64,000 nucleotides of DNA from Myxococcota bacterium. GTDB taxonomy: Bacteria > Myxococcota_A > UBA9160 > UBA6930. The stretch is from contig JANQFK010000022.1 of NCBI GenBank assembly GCA_028277885.1, forward strand, positions 176,052-240,051, written 5' to 3'. This document shows, piece after piece, positions 41,222 to 49,675 of the stretch. Under the pieces are notes generated by a model. That model had not been told where the DNA came from, made no database searches, and worked only from the letters and a program-made list of their open reading frames with translations. Position 1 is the stretch's first letter. Each line of letters opens with the position of its first letter. Position numbers and translations under genes: made by a program.

Positions 41222-42224
41222 CGCGCAGCGCGCGGCGCAGCGCGAGGGCCCTGCGCAGGAGCGGTGCGGGAAGCCGGGCGAGCCCGCGCAGGCGCAGGGG
41301 CGGACGGGCCAGGTGGGCCAGCTCGGCGCGGGCCGCGCGGGTGCGGCCGCGATGCAGCAGCTCGGCGCAGCGGATCAGGCGCTGCTCCTCGACGGCCTCG
41401 CGGTACAGCGCCCCGTGCCGGGCCAGGAACTCCGGGTCGGAGCCCCAGACCCGCTCGAGGACGTGCAGGCTCGAGGTGGCGGCGAGCAGCGGGTCCACGG
41501 TGCTGAGACGGTCCGCGGCGTCGCCGTACTGCCAGGCGGTCTCGACGTCGAGGAAGGCTCCCGCGCCCGCCCGGGCCAGGCGGCCGAAGCACTCCAGGTC
41601 CTCCCGGGTCGGCACGTCCTCGGCGAAGCGGAGGGCGTCGCCGGCCTCCCGGCGGCGCGCCACCACGGTGCTGGTGAACACGTAGCCGCGGCGGGCCTCG
41701 GCGGCGTAGAGGTCGCCGACGTGGACCGGGAAGTCGTCGAAGCCCGGAGGCAGCTCCGAGAGCCGGGAGAAGGCCACCGCCGGCCCGAGGATCTCGCTCC
41801 AGGGTCGCGGATCCCGGTGCCAGCGGAACAGGAAGCGGGGGTGCTCGCGGCCGGCGGCGTCCCGGACCGCGAAGTCGCTGAACAGGAACAGCACGTCCGG
41901 GCGCGCGGCGAAGAGCCGGCGCGCCAGCTCGAGCTTGCCCGGCATCCACTCGTCGTCGGAGTCGAGGAAGGCCACGAGCTCGCAGCGGGCGGCGCGGATG
42001 CCCGCGTTGCGGGCGGCGCCGGCCCCGCCGTGGCGCAGCGCCCGGTAGCGGATGCGCTCCCGGTAGGGCGCCAGCGCGGCCTCGGTGCCGTCCCGGGAGC
42101 CGTCGTCGACGACGATCACCTCGTCGCCGGGCCGGCACTGGGCCAGGGCGGAGCACACCGCGCGGCCCACCAGGTGGGCGCGGTCGTGGGTCGGGATCAC
42201 CGTGGAGATGCTGAGGTCGCTCAC
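41211..42224 (-). CDS. GT2 glycosyltransferase
   Basis: Track ORF 41211..42524 trimmed to GTG 42224, preceded by GGAGAG. Motifs STVIPTHDR, VIVVDDGSRDGT and FLDSDDEW. Confidence 0.9.
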   Translation of the reverse strand: MSDLSISTVIPTHDRAHLVGRAVCSALAQCRPGDEVIVVDDGSRDGTEAALAPYRERIRYRALRHGGAGAARNAGIRAARCELVAFLDSDDEWMPGKLELARRLFAARPDVLFLFSDFAVRDAAGREHPRFLFRWHRDPRPWSEILGPAVAFSRLSELPPGFDDFPVHVGDLYAAEARRGYVFTSTVVARRREAGDALRFAEDVPTREDLECFGRLARAGAGAFLDVETAWQYGDAADRLSTVDPLLAATSSLHVLERVWGSDPEFLARHGALYREAVEEQRLIRCAELLHRGRTRAARAELAHLARPPLRLRGLARLPAPLLRRALALRRALRVRR

Positions 42225-42286
42225 GTCTCTCCGCCGACCCGGGAGCCTATCGTGGCCGGGGCGGGAATGGGACCGGGAGGCCCGCC

Positions 42287-43573
42287 GTGAAGCCGCCGGC
42301 CTCCACCTCGCTGGCCCGGGAGCCGCGGCGAGCCCCCCCGCGAACGGGGGAGCCGCGCCGGGCGCCCACACGGCCCGGCCCGATCGTCGACGGCCTCCCC
42401 ACCTCGCTCGAGGTGCGGGAGGGCGGGAGCGGGCTCGACCGCCTGCTTCCCGACTGGGAGGAGCTCGCGGCGCGCAGCCTCGAGCCCAACGTGTTCTACG
42501 AGGCGCCCCTGCTGCGGCCCGCACTCCGCCACCTCGCCGAGGGGGCGACGCTGGAGGTCTGGCTGGTCTGGGCCCACCGTGAAGGCGACCCGCCGCGGCT
42601 GTGCGCGCTCCTGCCCGTCGAGCGCCGGCGCGGCTACCGCGGGCTCCCCGTCGCCATCGCGGCGCCCTGGAAGCACGTCCACTGCTTCCTGTGCACGCCG
42701 CTGCTCGACCGCGAGCTCGCCGACGCCGGCGCCGCGGGCCTGCTGGCCCACGCCGCCGAGGCCGGGGTGGCCCTCTTCGAGTGGCGGGCCGTGGGGGCGC
42801 GCGGCCAGTTCCAGGCGGTGCTCGAGCGGGCCGCGCAGCGGGCCGGCCGGGCCCTGCGCGCGACGGAGGGCCACGAGCGGGCGCTCTTCCTTCCCGCCCG
42901 CGACGCCGAGGCCCACCTGCGCGCCGCCCAGCCCCGGCATCACCGACGCAAGGAGCTGCGCCGGCTGATGCGCCGGCTGCGGGAGCAGGGCGAGGTCGCG
43001 CTGCACGCCCTCGCTCCCGGCGAGGACCCGGCCCCCTGGATCCGCGACTTCCTCGCCCTCGAGGCCTCGGGCTGGAAGGGCGGCACCGGGACCGCGATCG
43101 CGCGGCGCCCGGAGGAGCGCGCCTGGTTCGAGACCGCCGCCCGGGAGTGCGCCGAGGCGGGCCAGCTCCGCATGCTGGCCCTCGAGCTCGACGGCCGCCC
43201 CGTCGCGATGAAGTGCAACTTCCTGGCCCGGGGGAGCGGCGGCGCGGGGCGCTGCGGCTTCGCGTTCAAGATCGCCCACGACGAGGCCTTCGCGCGCTTC
43301 TCGCCCGGGCTGCTCCTGGAGCACGAGCACGGGGTCCACCTGCACGAGGAGGGCGAGGTGGCCTGGATGGACTCCTGCGCCCAGCCGGGCCACCCGATGA
43401 TCGAGCGGCTCTGGCCCGATCGCCGCGCGATCGCCACGCTCCTCTCGGACGCCGGCAGCCTGCGCGGCCGCGGCATCGTCGCCGCCCAGCCGCTGCTGCG
43501 GGGCCTGCTGCGCGCCCTGCGCGGTCGGCGGGCCGGCCCGCCGGACTCCGCGCCCCCGGAGGAGCCGCAGTGA
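42287..43573 (+). CDS. GNAT-fold acyltransferase, CelD/BioF2-like (Acetyltransf_6-type)
   Basis: 428-aa ORF with GTG start. Sequence RHHRRKELRRLMRRLREQGEV... and FLALEASGWKG. Composition is protein-like after about residue 40. Confidence 0.8.
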   Translation: MKPPASTSLAREPRRAPPRTGEPRRAPTRPGPIVDGLPTSLEVREGGSGLDRLLPDWEELAARSLEPNVFYEAPLLRPALRHLAEGATLEVWLVWAHREGDPPRLCALLPVERRRGYRGLPVAIAAPWKHVHCFLCTPLLDRELADAGAAGLLAHAAEAGVALFEWRAVGARGQFQAVLERAAQRAGRALRATEGHERALFLPARDAEAHLRAAQPRHHRRKELRRLMRRLREQGEVALHALAPGEDPAPWIRDFLALEASGWKGGTGTAIARRPEERAWFETAARECAEAGQLRMLALELDGRPVAMKCNFLARGSGGAGRCGFAFKIAHDEAFARFSPGLLLEHEHGVHLHEEGEVAWMDSCAQPGHPMIERLWPDRRAIATLLSDAGSLRGRGIVAAQPLLRGLLRALRGRRAGPPDSAPPEEPQ

Positions 43574-44433
43574 CGGGGCGGCCGGAGCTGCTCGAGATCG
43601 ACGGCGACGTGCTGCGGCGCAGCCTCGATCGCGAGCCCTTTCGCATCCGCCACCGCCTGAGCGGTCACCCGCTCTTCGCCGTGGAGCGGCTGCTGCGCCT
43701 GTGTCGAGATCTCCCCGAGGAGTGCGTCGAGTACAACGCCGGCGACGTCGCCGTGGGTCAGGACGCGGCCCTCACGCCGCGCACCGGTCTCTCCGCCGAG
43801 GAGACGGTCCGCCGCATCGCCGAGCAGCAGTCCTGGATGGTGCTCAAGTACGTGGAGCGCGATCCCGAGTACCGCGCGCTGCTCCACGCCTGCCTCGACG
43901 AGGTCCGGCGCCACAGCGAGGCCGTGGCGCCGGGCATGGACCGCCGCGAGGGCTTCGTCTTCCTGTCCTCGCCCGGCTCGGTGACGCCCTTCCACATGGA
44001 CCCGGAGCTGAACTTCCTGCTCCAGGTGGCGGGCAAGAAGCGGATGCGGCTGTTCGACAACGCCGACCGCGGGATCGTGTCCGAGGCGGAGCTCGACCGC
44101 TTCCACGCCGATCACCCCCACCGCAACCTGCCCTTCCGGGAGGAGTTCGACGCCCGCGCCCGGGTGCACGACCTGGCACCGGGGGACGGCGTCCACGTGC
44201 CCGTCACCACGCCCCACTGGGTCGAGGTGGGGGACGAGGTCTCGGTCTCCTTCAGCATCACGTTCCGCAGCGACGTCTCCGAGCGGCGCGCCGGGGTGCA
44301 CGCCTGGAACGCGGCGCTGCGCCGGCGGGGCTGGCGTCCGCGCGCAGTGGGGGCGTCGCCGCGCCTCGACGACGCCAAGTACCTCGCCTGGCGGGCGCGG
44401 CGGCGGCTGGTGGGGATGCTGCGCCGTGGCTGA
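43570..44433 (+). CDS. JmjC/cupin-type 2OG-Fe(II) oxygenase
   Basis: GTG 43570 forms a GTGA overlap. Motifs TPFHMDPE (HxD/E) and VPVTTPHWV (distal His). Confidence 0.85.
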   Translation: MTGRPELLEIDGDVLRRSLDREPFRIRHRLSGHPLFAVERLLRLCRDLPEECVEYNAGDVAVGQDAALTPRTGLSAEETVRRIAEQQSWMVLKYVERDPEYRALLHACLDEVRRHSEAVAPGMDRREGFVFLSSPGSVTPFHMDPELNFLLQVAGKKRMRLFDNADRGIVSEAELDRFHADHPHRNLPFREEFDARARVHDLAPGDGVHVPVTTPHWVEVGDEVSVSFSITFRSDVSERRAGVHAWNAALRRRGWRPRAVGASPRLDDAKYLAWRARRRLVGMLRRG

Positions 44434-45880
44434 GGAGGGCGCCGCCGTCGACACCCGGGGCGAGGGGCTGCGGGTCGCGCGCAACAGCGCGTTCCTGAGC
44501 GGCGGCGCCGTGGTGGGGCTCGGCCTGGGCTTCGTCAGCACCATCCTGGTGACCGACACCCTGGGCGAGGACTACGGCCTGCTGATCGGCGCCCAGCGCT
44601 TCGTCGGCTTCTTCCTGGTGATCGCGAGCTTCGGCCTGCACCCCCTGCTGGTGCGCCGTCTGGCGGCCCGCCGCGACGAGCCCGGCGAGCTCTTCGGCAC
44701 GGTGATCTTCCTGCGCGCGCTGCTCGGTGCCTTCTTCGCCTTCCTGGTGCCGACGGTGGCCGCGGTGGCGGGCTACCTGCCCGACGCGCGCTGGGTGCTG
44801 CTGGGGTTCGTCGCCATCGAGTTCCTGGGCGTCTTCGCCGACTCCTACGTGGCGCTGTGCGAGGGCTACGAGCGCATGGCGCGGGTGGCCCTGGTGCCCC
44901 TGGTGCGCTCCCTCACCACCTTCGTCGGCGTGGTGGCGGTGACGCTCTCGGGAGCGGGGCTGGCGGCGATCCTCGGCGTCTACCTGCTGGGCCAGCTCGT
45001 CCGCCTGGGGTTCGCGGCGGCCCTCGCCCACGGTGCGCTGCCGCGCATGCAGGTGCGGCTGCGCCGCGATCGGGTGCGGCCGCTGCTCTCCGAGGCCGGC
45101 TGGTTCGTGGCCGTGGGGCTCTCCTCCTCGGCGCTGGCGTCCCTCGCGGTGGTGGGGCTGGCGCGCCTGGCGGGCCCCGGCGAGACCGCGCGCTACGGCG
45201 CGGCGCTCAACTTCGTCGACCTGGTCGTGATGGCGCCCCTGCTGGTGCAGCGCGCGCTGCTGCCCGCGTTCAGCCGGCTCCAGGCCAGCGGTGGCGCGGC
45301 GGGCCTCGCGAACGGCGGGCTGCGCATCGTGCCCGCCCTGCTGATCCCGGCCGGCGCCGGGCTCGCGGTGCTGGCCGATCCCGTGCTGGCCCTCTACCCG
45401 AGCGGCCAGTTCGGCGAGGCGGCGCCGGTGCTGCGGGTGCTCGCCCTGGGGCTCCTGTTCCTCGGGCCGAGCTACGTCTCGGGCACCTACCTGACGGGCT
45501 CCGGCCGCCTGCGCACCCTCTTCGTGGTGAACGTCGTCGCGGCCGGCGTCGAGGCGCTGCTGCTGCTGGCGCTGGTGCCGAGCCTGGGCGCCCCCGGCGC
45601 GGCCTGGGCGGCGGTCACGGCCTTCGCCGCGGCGTCGGGGATCCAGCTGCTCGCGATCCGCGGCGAGGGCGTGGAGATCCCCTGGGCCCCGCTGCTGCGG
45701 GTGGGGCTGGCGAGCGCGGGGATGGCCGCGCTGGTGTATCCGTTCCGCGAGCTGCCGCTGCCCGTGGCCGTGGCGGTCGGGGTGGTAGGCTACGCGGCGC
45801 TGCTCTGGCTGCTCACGCCGCGGGACAGCCTGGAGCGTCGGCTGCTCGAGCAGGGGGTCGCGCCGTGGCGGAGTCGCTGA
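44426..45880 (+). CDS. second Wzx-type flippase (MOP superfamily)
   Basis: GTG start overlaps the previous stop by 8 nt. 484 aa, about 12-14 TM segments. Confidence 0.85.
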   Translation: MAEEGAAVDTRGEGLRVARNSAFLSGGAVVGLGLGFVSTILVTDTLGEDYGLLIGAQRFVGFFLVIASFGLHPLLVRRLAARRDEPGELFGTVIFLRALLGAFFAFLVPTVAAVAGYLPDARWVLLGFVAIEFLGVFADSYVALCEGYERMARVALVPLVRSLTTFVGVVAVTLSGAGLAAILGVYLLGQLVRLGFAAALAHGALPRMQVRLRRDRVRPLLSEAGWFVAVGLSSSALASLAVVGLARLAGPGETARYGAALNFVDLVVMAPLLVQRALLPAFSRLQASGGAAGLANGGLRIVPALLIPAGAGLAVLADPVLALYPSGQFGEAAPVLRVLALGLLFLGPSYVSGTYLTGSGRLRTLFVVNVVAAGVEALLLLALVPSLGAPGAAWAAVTAFAAASGIQLLAIRGEGVEIPWAPLLRVGLASAGMAALVYPFRELPLPVAVAVGVVGYAALLWLLTPRDSLERRLLEQGVAPWRSR

Positions 45881-45882
45881 GG

Positions 45883-46986
45883 GTGGCGCGGGTGGCCGGG
45901 GCCGGAGACGCGCGCCACGCGGACCGCTGGCTCGCGCCCGGCCCGGAGTGGCGGCGCTGCGAGTCCCAGCTCGAGGCCGCGGGCGTTCCCCTCGCCTTCG
46001 TGCAGCGCGCCGTCTCGGCCGAGGCGGAGCGGGCGGGGGCCTGGCGGTTCCTGGCCGTCCGGGACGACGAGGAGCGCTGCCGCTGCGGCTTCGCGGTGCG
46101 CGAGGAGGGGACGCGGGCGCTCCCCGGCCACCGCATCTGGCGCGTCGAGCGCTTCGGCGCGGCGGCCGACGCCGCGAGCCGCGCGCACGCCCTCACGGCC
46201 CTGGCGGCGCGGGCCCGGACGGCCCGACGCGTGCTGCGCGTCGAGCTCGGCGTGGTGGAGCGCGACCCGGAGCGCGCCGCCGCCCTGGCCCGGGAGGCGG
46301 AGCGGGCGGGCTTCGCGCCGAGCCCGAGCCCGCGTCTCTACCGCGACACGATCGCGATCGACCTCCGCCGCGACCTCGACGCCATCCTCGCCGGGTTCAA
46401 GAAGCAGACGCGCAAGAACCTGCGGCGCATGGAGCGCGAGCCCTTCGCGGTGCGGCCCCTCGAGGATCCGGCCTGCGCGGAGCGGATGGAGCGGCTGCTG
46501 GCCGAGACCATGGGGCGCACCGGCGGGCCCGCCGAGGCCGCGGACTGGCGGGCGCGCATTCGCGTCGCCCGGGAGCACCCCGGGCTCTCCCGGCTGGCGG
46601 GCCTGTTCCGCGACCCCGGGCAGGGGCCCGAGGCGCTGGTGGCCTTCGGCTGGGCGGTCCACAACGGAGACCACGTCGAGTACCGCACCACCGCGTCGAC
46701 CCGCATCGCGGGCTCGCGGCTGCCGCTCACCTACGGGCTCGCCTGGGACCTGCTGCGCTGGGCCCGGGAGCGGGGCGCCGCCTGGTTCGACTTCGGCGGG
46801 GTGAGCGCGGGCGGGCTGGGCAGCGAGGATCCCCTGGGCGGCATCTCGGACTTCAAGCGCTCGTTCGGGGGTGAGGTCACAAGCATTGGCTCTGAATGGA
46901 TTTTCGAGCCTCGGCCGCTGCTCGCTCGGGTGGCCCGAGGCGCGGGAGCCCTGCGCCGGGCGGTCCGCGGCAGGCGCCGCTCGTGA
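45883..46986 (+). CDS. FemAB-like (aminoacyl-transferase-type GNAT fold) protein
   Basis: C-terminal part of track ORF 44857..46986, with GTG 45883 as a tentative start. Motifs FKKQTRKNLRRMER and YGLAWDLLRWARERGAAWFDFGG...GISDFKRSFGG. Confidence 0.8.
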   Translation: MARVAGAGDARHADRWLAPGPEWRRCESQLEAAGVPLAFVQRAVSAEAERAGAWRFLAVRDDEERCRCGFAVREEGTRALPGHRIWRVERFGAAADAASRAHALTALAARARTARRVLRVELGVVERDPERAAALAREAERAGFAPSPSPRLYRDTIAIDLRRDLDAILAGFKKQTRKNLRRMEREPFAVRPLEDPACAERMERLLAETMGRTGGPAEAADWRARIRVAREHPGLSRLAGLFRDPGQGPEALVAFGWAVHNGDHVEYRTTASTRIAGSRLPLTYGLAWDLLRWARERGAAWFDFGGVSAGGLGSEDPLGGISDFKRSFGGEVTSIGSEWIFEPRPLLARVARGAGALRRAVRGRRRS

Positions 46987-47981
46987 GCCCGGTCGTCCAC
47001 CTGGTCGCCTCCATCGACACCGAGGAGGACAACTGGCTGCCCACCCGGAACGACGTCCGCGTCGAGAACATCCAGGAGCTGCCGTCGCACCACCGCCTGC
47101 TGCGCGCGCTGGGCCTCAAGCCCACCTACTTCGCCGATCACCCGGTGGTGGCCGACCCGGCCGCGGCGGCGCGGCTCGCGGAGCTCGAGGGGGCCGAGCT
47201 CGGCGCCCACCTGCACCCCTGGAACACGCCGCCCCTCGACGAGGCGCTGACCCCCGCCCACACCATGCTGCGCAACCTCCCCGCCGCGCTCCAGCGGGCA
47301 AAGCTGGCCCACCTGGTCGACGCCCACGAGGCCGCCTTCGGGCGCCGGCCCACCTCGTTCCGTGCGGGCCGCTTCGGCCTGGGACGCGAGACCGTGGCGG
47401 CCCTCATCGACGCGGGCTTCGAGGTGGACAGCAGCGTGGTGCCCTTCGTGAGCTGGCAGGGCGACGAGGGCCCGGACTTCGACGGCGCACCGGTCCACCC
47501 CTATCGCCTCGACGGTCGCTCGGACCCCCGGACGCCGGCGAGGGACGGCCCGCTGTGCGAGATCCCGCTCTCGGCCGGCTTCACGCGCCGGCCCTTCGGC
47601 TGGCGCTCGCGGCTGCATCGCCGGCTGTCGCGGCCCCCGTTCCCCCGGCTGCGCATGCTCGGGCTGGCCTCGCGCCTGGGCCTGGCCCGGCGGGTGATCG
47701 TGAGCCCCGAGACGGACACCGCGGAGGACATGCTGGCGGTGTCGCGCCAGCTCGTGGCCGAGGGCGCCTCCTGCCTGCAGATCTTCTGGCACAGCCCGAG
47801 CCTCGTGCCCGGCCTCGGGCCCTTCGTGCGCGAGCCCCGCGACCGCGGGGCCCTGGAGCGTCGCATCGAGGACTACGTATCCGGCCTGGCGCGGGACTAC
47901 GAGCTGCGGCCGGTCACGGTGAGCGAGGCGGCGGCCGCGCTCCTCCCGCCGCTTCCCCCGCGACCCGGGGCGTCGGCGTGA
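46983..47981 (+). CDS. polysaccharide deacetylase-like protein (WalW-type)
   Basis: Track ORF 46896..47981 trimmed to GTG 46983 (GTGA overlap). Motifs HLVASIDTEEDNW, GAHLHPW and FRAGRFG. Confidence 0.85.
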   Translation: MSPVVHLVASIDTEEDNWLPTRNDVRVENIQELPSHHRLLRALGLKPTYFADHPVVADPAAAARLAELEGAELGAHLHPWNTPPLDEALTPAHTMLRNLPAALQRAKLAHLVDAHEAAFGRRPTSFRAGRFGLGRETVAALIDAGFEVDSSVVPFVSWQGDEGPDFDGAPVHPYRLDGRSDPRTPARDGPLCEIPLSAGFTRRPFGWRSRLHRRLSRPPFPRLRMLGLASRLGLARRVIVSPETDTAEDMLAVSRQLVAEGASCLQIFWHSPSLVPGLGPFVREPRDRGALERRIEDYVSGLARDYELRPVTVSEAAAALLPPLPPRPGASA

Positions 47982-48553
47982 GGGGCCCGGCCCGACGCGC
48001 ACTGCGCGGCCTCGGTCGCCTGGCCCTGCGCCGGGACGCGCGCCAGGACGCGCTCCACGAGTGGAGGCGCCGCCTCGGGAGCGAGCCCCCGCTCCCGGAC
48101 GGAGCCATCCAGGAGGTGCTCTTCGTCTGCTACGGGAACGTCTGCCGCAGCCCCTACGCCGCCGCGCTCCTCGCCGCGAGGCGGCCGGGCCTCGGCGTGC
48201 ACTCGGCGGGCCTCGAGGCGGGGGAGGGGCGGGCCGCGGAGCCCACGGCCCGGCGGGTGGCCGCCGGCCGCGGGGTCTCGCTCGAGCCCCACCGGGCCCA
48301 TCGCCTCGCCGCGCCGGACCTCCAGCGGGCGGACCTGGTGCTGGTGATGGAGGGCCGTCACGTCGACGCCGTCCTGCGCGCCTGGCCCGAGGCGCGGCCC
48401 AAGCTCCGCCTGCTCGGCGACTACCGGGCCGCGGCGCCCTTCCGCATCCCGGACCCCTGGGGCGAGTCCGACGAGGTCTTCGCAGCGGTGTTCGCGCGCA
48501 TCGAGGCCGCGGTGGCGCGGCTGGCCGCGCTCCTCGAGGAGCGGACGTCGTGA
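47978..48553 (+). CDS. low-molecular-weight protein tyrosine phosphatase (Wzb-like)
   Basis: GTG 47978 forms a GTGA overlap. P-loop VLFVCYGNVCRSP and DPWG. Confidence 0.9.
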   Translation: MRGPARRALRGLGRLALRRDARQDALHEWRRRLGSEPPLPDGAIQEVLFVCYGNVCRSPYAAALLAARRPGLGVHSAGLEAGEGRAAEPTARRVAAGRGVSLEPHRAHRLAAPDLQRADLVLVMEGRHVDAVLRAWPEARPKLRLLGDYRAAAPFRIPDPWGESDEVFAAVFARIEAAVARLAALLEERTS

Positions 48554-49668
48554 GCTTCGCCTGGCTCGTCGTCGGCCTCGGGCTGGCCTGGGTGGTCTAC
48601 GGCTACCTGGGCTACCCGCTCGTCCTGCTCGCGCTGCGCCGGCTCGCGCCGCGCCCCGTGCGCAGCGCGGAGGTCGCGCCGCCGCTCTCCTTCATCCTGG
48701 CCGTCCACGACGGCGAGGCCCACCTCGAGCGCAAGCTCGCCGCCACCCTCGCTCTCGACTACCCCGGCCCCCTCGAGGTGATCGTCGCGTCGGACGGCTC
48801 CCGTGACGGCACCGATGCCATCGCGGAGCGCTTCGCCGATCGCGGCGTGGTGCTCGTGCGCAACCCCGAGCGCCAGGGCAAGGAGGCCGCCCAGGCCCGG
48901 GCGATCCGCCGCGCCACGGGCGAGCTGCTGGCCTTCAGCGACGTCACCGCGGAGCTCGAGCCCGACGCCCTCACCCGGATCGTGCAGCCCTTCGCGGACC
49001 CTTCGGTGGGCTGCGTGAGCAGCGAGGACGTCGTGGCGGGGACGGGCGGGGAGGGCGCCTACGTGCGCTACGAGATGGCGCTGCGGCGCCTCGAGTCCGA
49101 GACGACCAGCCTGATCGGGCTCTCGGGCTCGTTCTTCGCGGCCCGCCGCGCCCTGTGCGAGCCGTGGCCCGCCGACCTCGCGAGCGACTTCCGGGTCGCC
49201 CTCGAGGCGGCGCGCCGGGGCCTGCGTGCGGTGAGCGAGCCCCGGGCCCGCGCGCGCTTCGGCGCAGTGCGGGAGACGCGCGACGAGTGGGTGCGCAAGG
49301 TGCGCACGGTGCAGCGCGGCATCGCGGTGCTCTCGGCGTACCGCGACGTCCTCCACCCGCGCCACGGCCGGGCGGCCTTCACGCTGTGGAGCCACAAGGC
49401 GGTGCGCTTCGGCTCCCCCTTCGCGCTGCTCGCCGTGGCCCTCGCGTCGCTGCCCCTGGCGGCGAGCGGTCCCTGGGGCCTCGCGCTGGTCGCCGCCCAG
49501 GGGCTCGGCTACGGACTCGGCGGGCTCTCCCTGCTGCGGCCGTCGCTGCCCCTCGGCCCCGCCCGCCTGCTGGGCTTCTTCCTGCTCGTGAACGCCTCGA
49601 CGCTGGTCGCCTGGCGGCGGCACTGGACCGGCCCGCGCGCGGTGACCTGGCAGCCCACCTCGCGATGA
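48550..49668 (+). CDS. membrane-embedded GT2 glycosyltransferase (synthase-like, TM helices at both ends)
   Basis: GTG 48550 forms a GTGA overlap. N-terminal TM helix, motifs VIVASDGSRDGT and FSDVT, 3-4 C-terminal TM helices. Confidence 0.9.
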   Translation: MSFAWLVVGLGLAWVVYGYLGYPLVLLALRRLAPRPVRSAEVAPPLSFILAVHDGEAHLERKLAATLALDYPGPLEVIVASDGSRDGTDAIAERFADRGVVLVRNPERQGKEAAQARAIRRATGELLAFSDVTAELEPDALTRIVQPFADPSVGCVSSEDVVAGTGGEGAYVRYEMALRRLESETTSLIGLSGSFFAARRALCEPWPADLASDFRVALEAARRGLRAVSEPRARARFGAVRETRDEWVRKVRTVQRGIAVLSAYRDVLHPRHGRAAFTLWSHKAVRFGSPFALLAVALASLPLAASGPWGLALVAAQGLGYGLGGLSLLRPSLPLGPARLLGFFLLVNASTLVAWRRHWTGPRAVTWQPTSR

Positions 49669-49675
49669 GTGCGCG

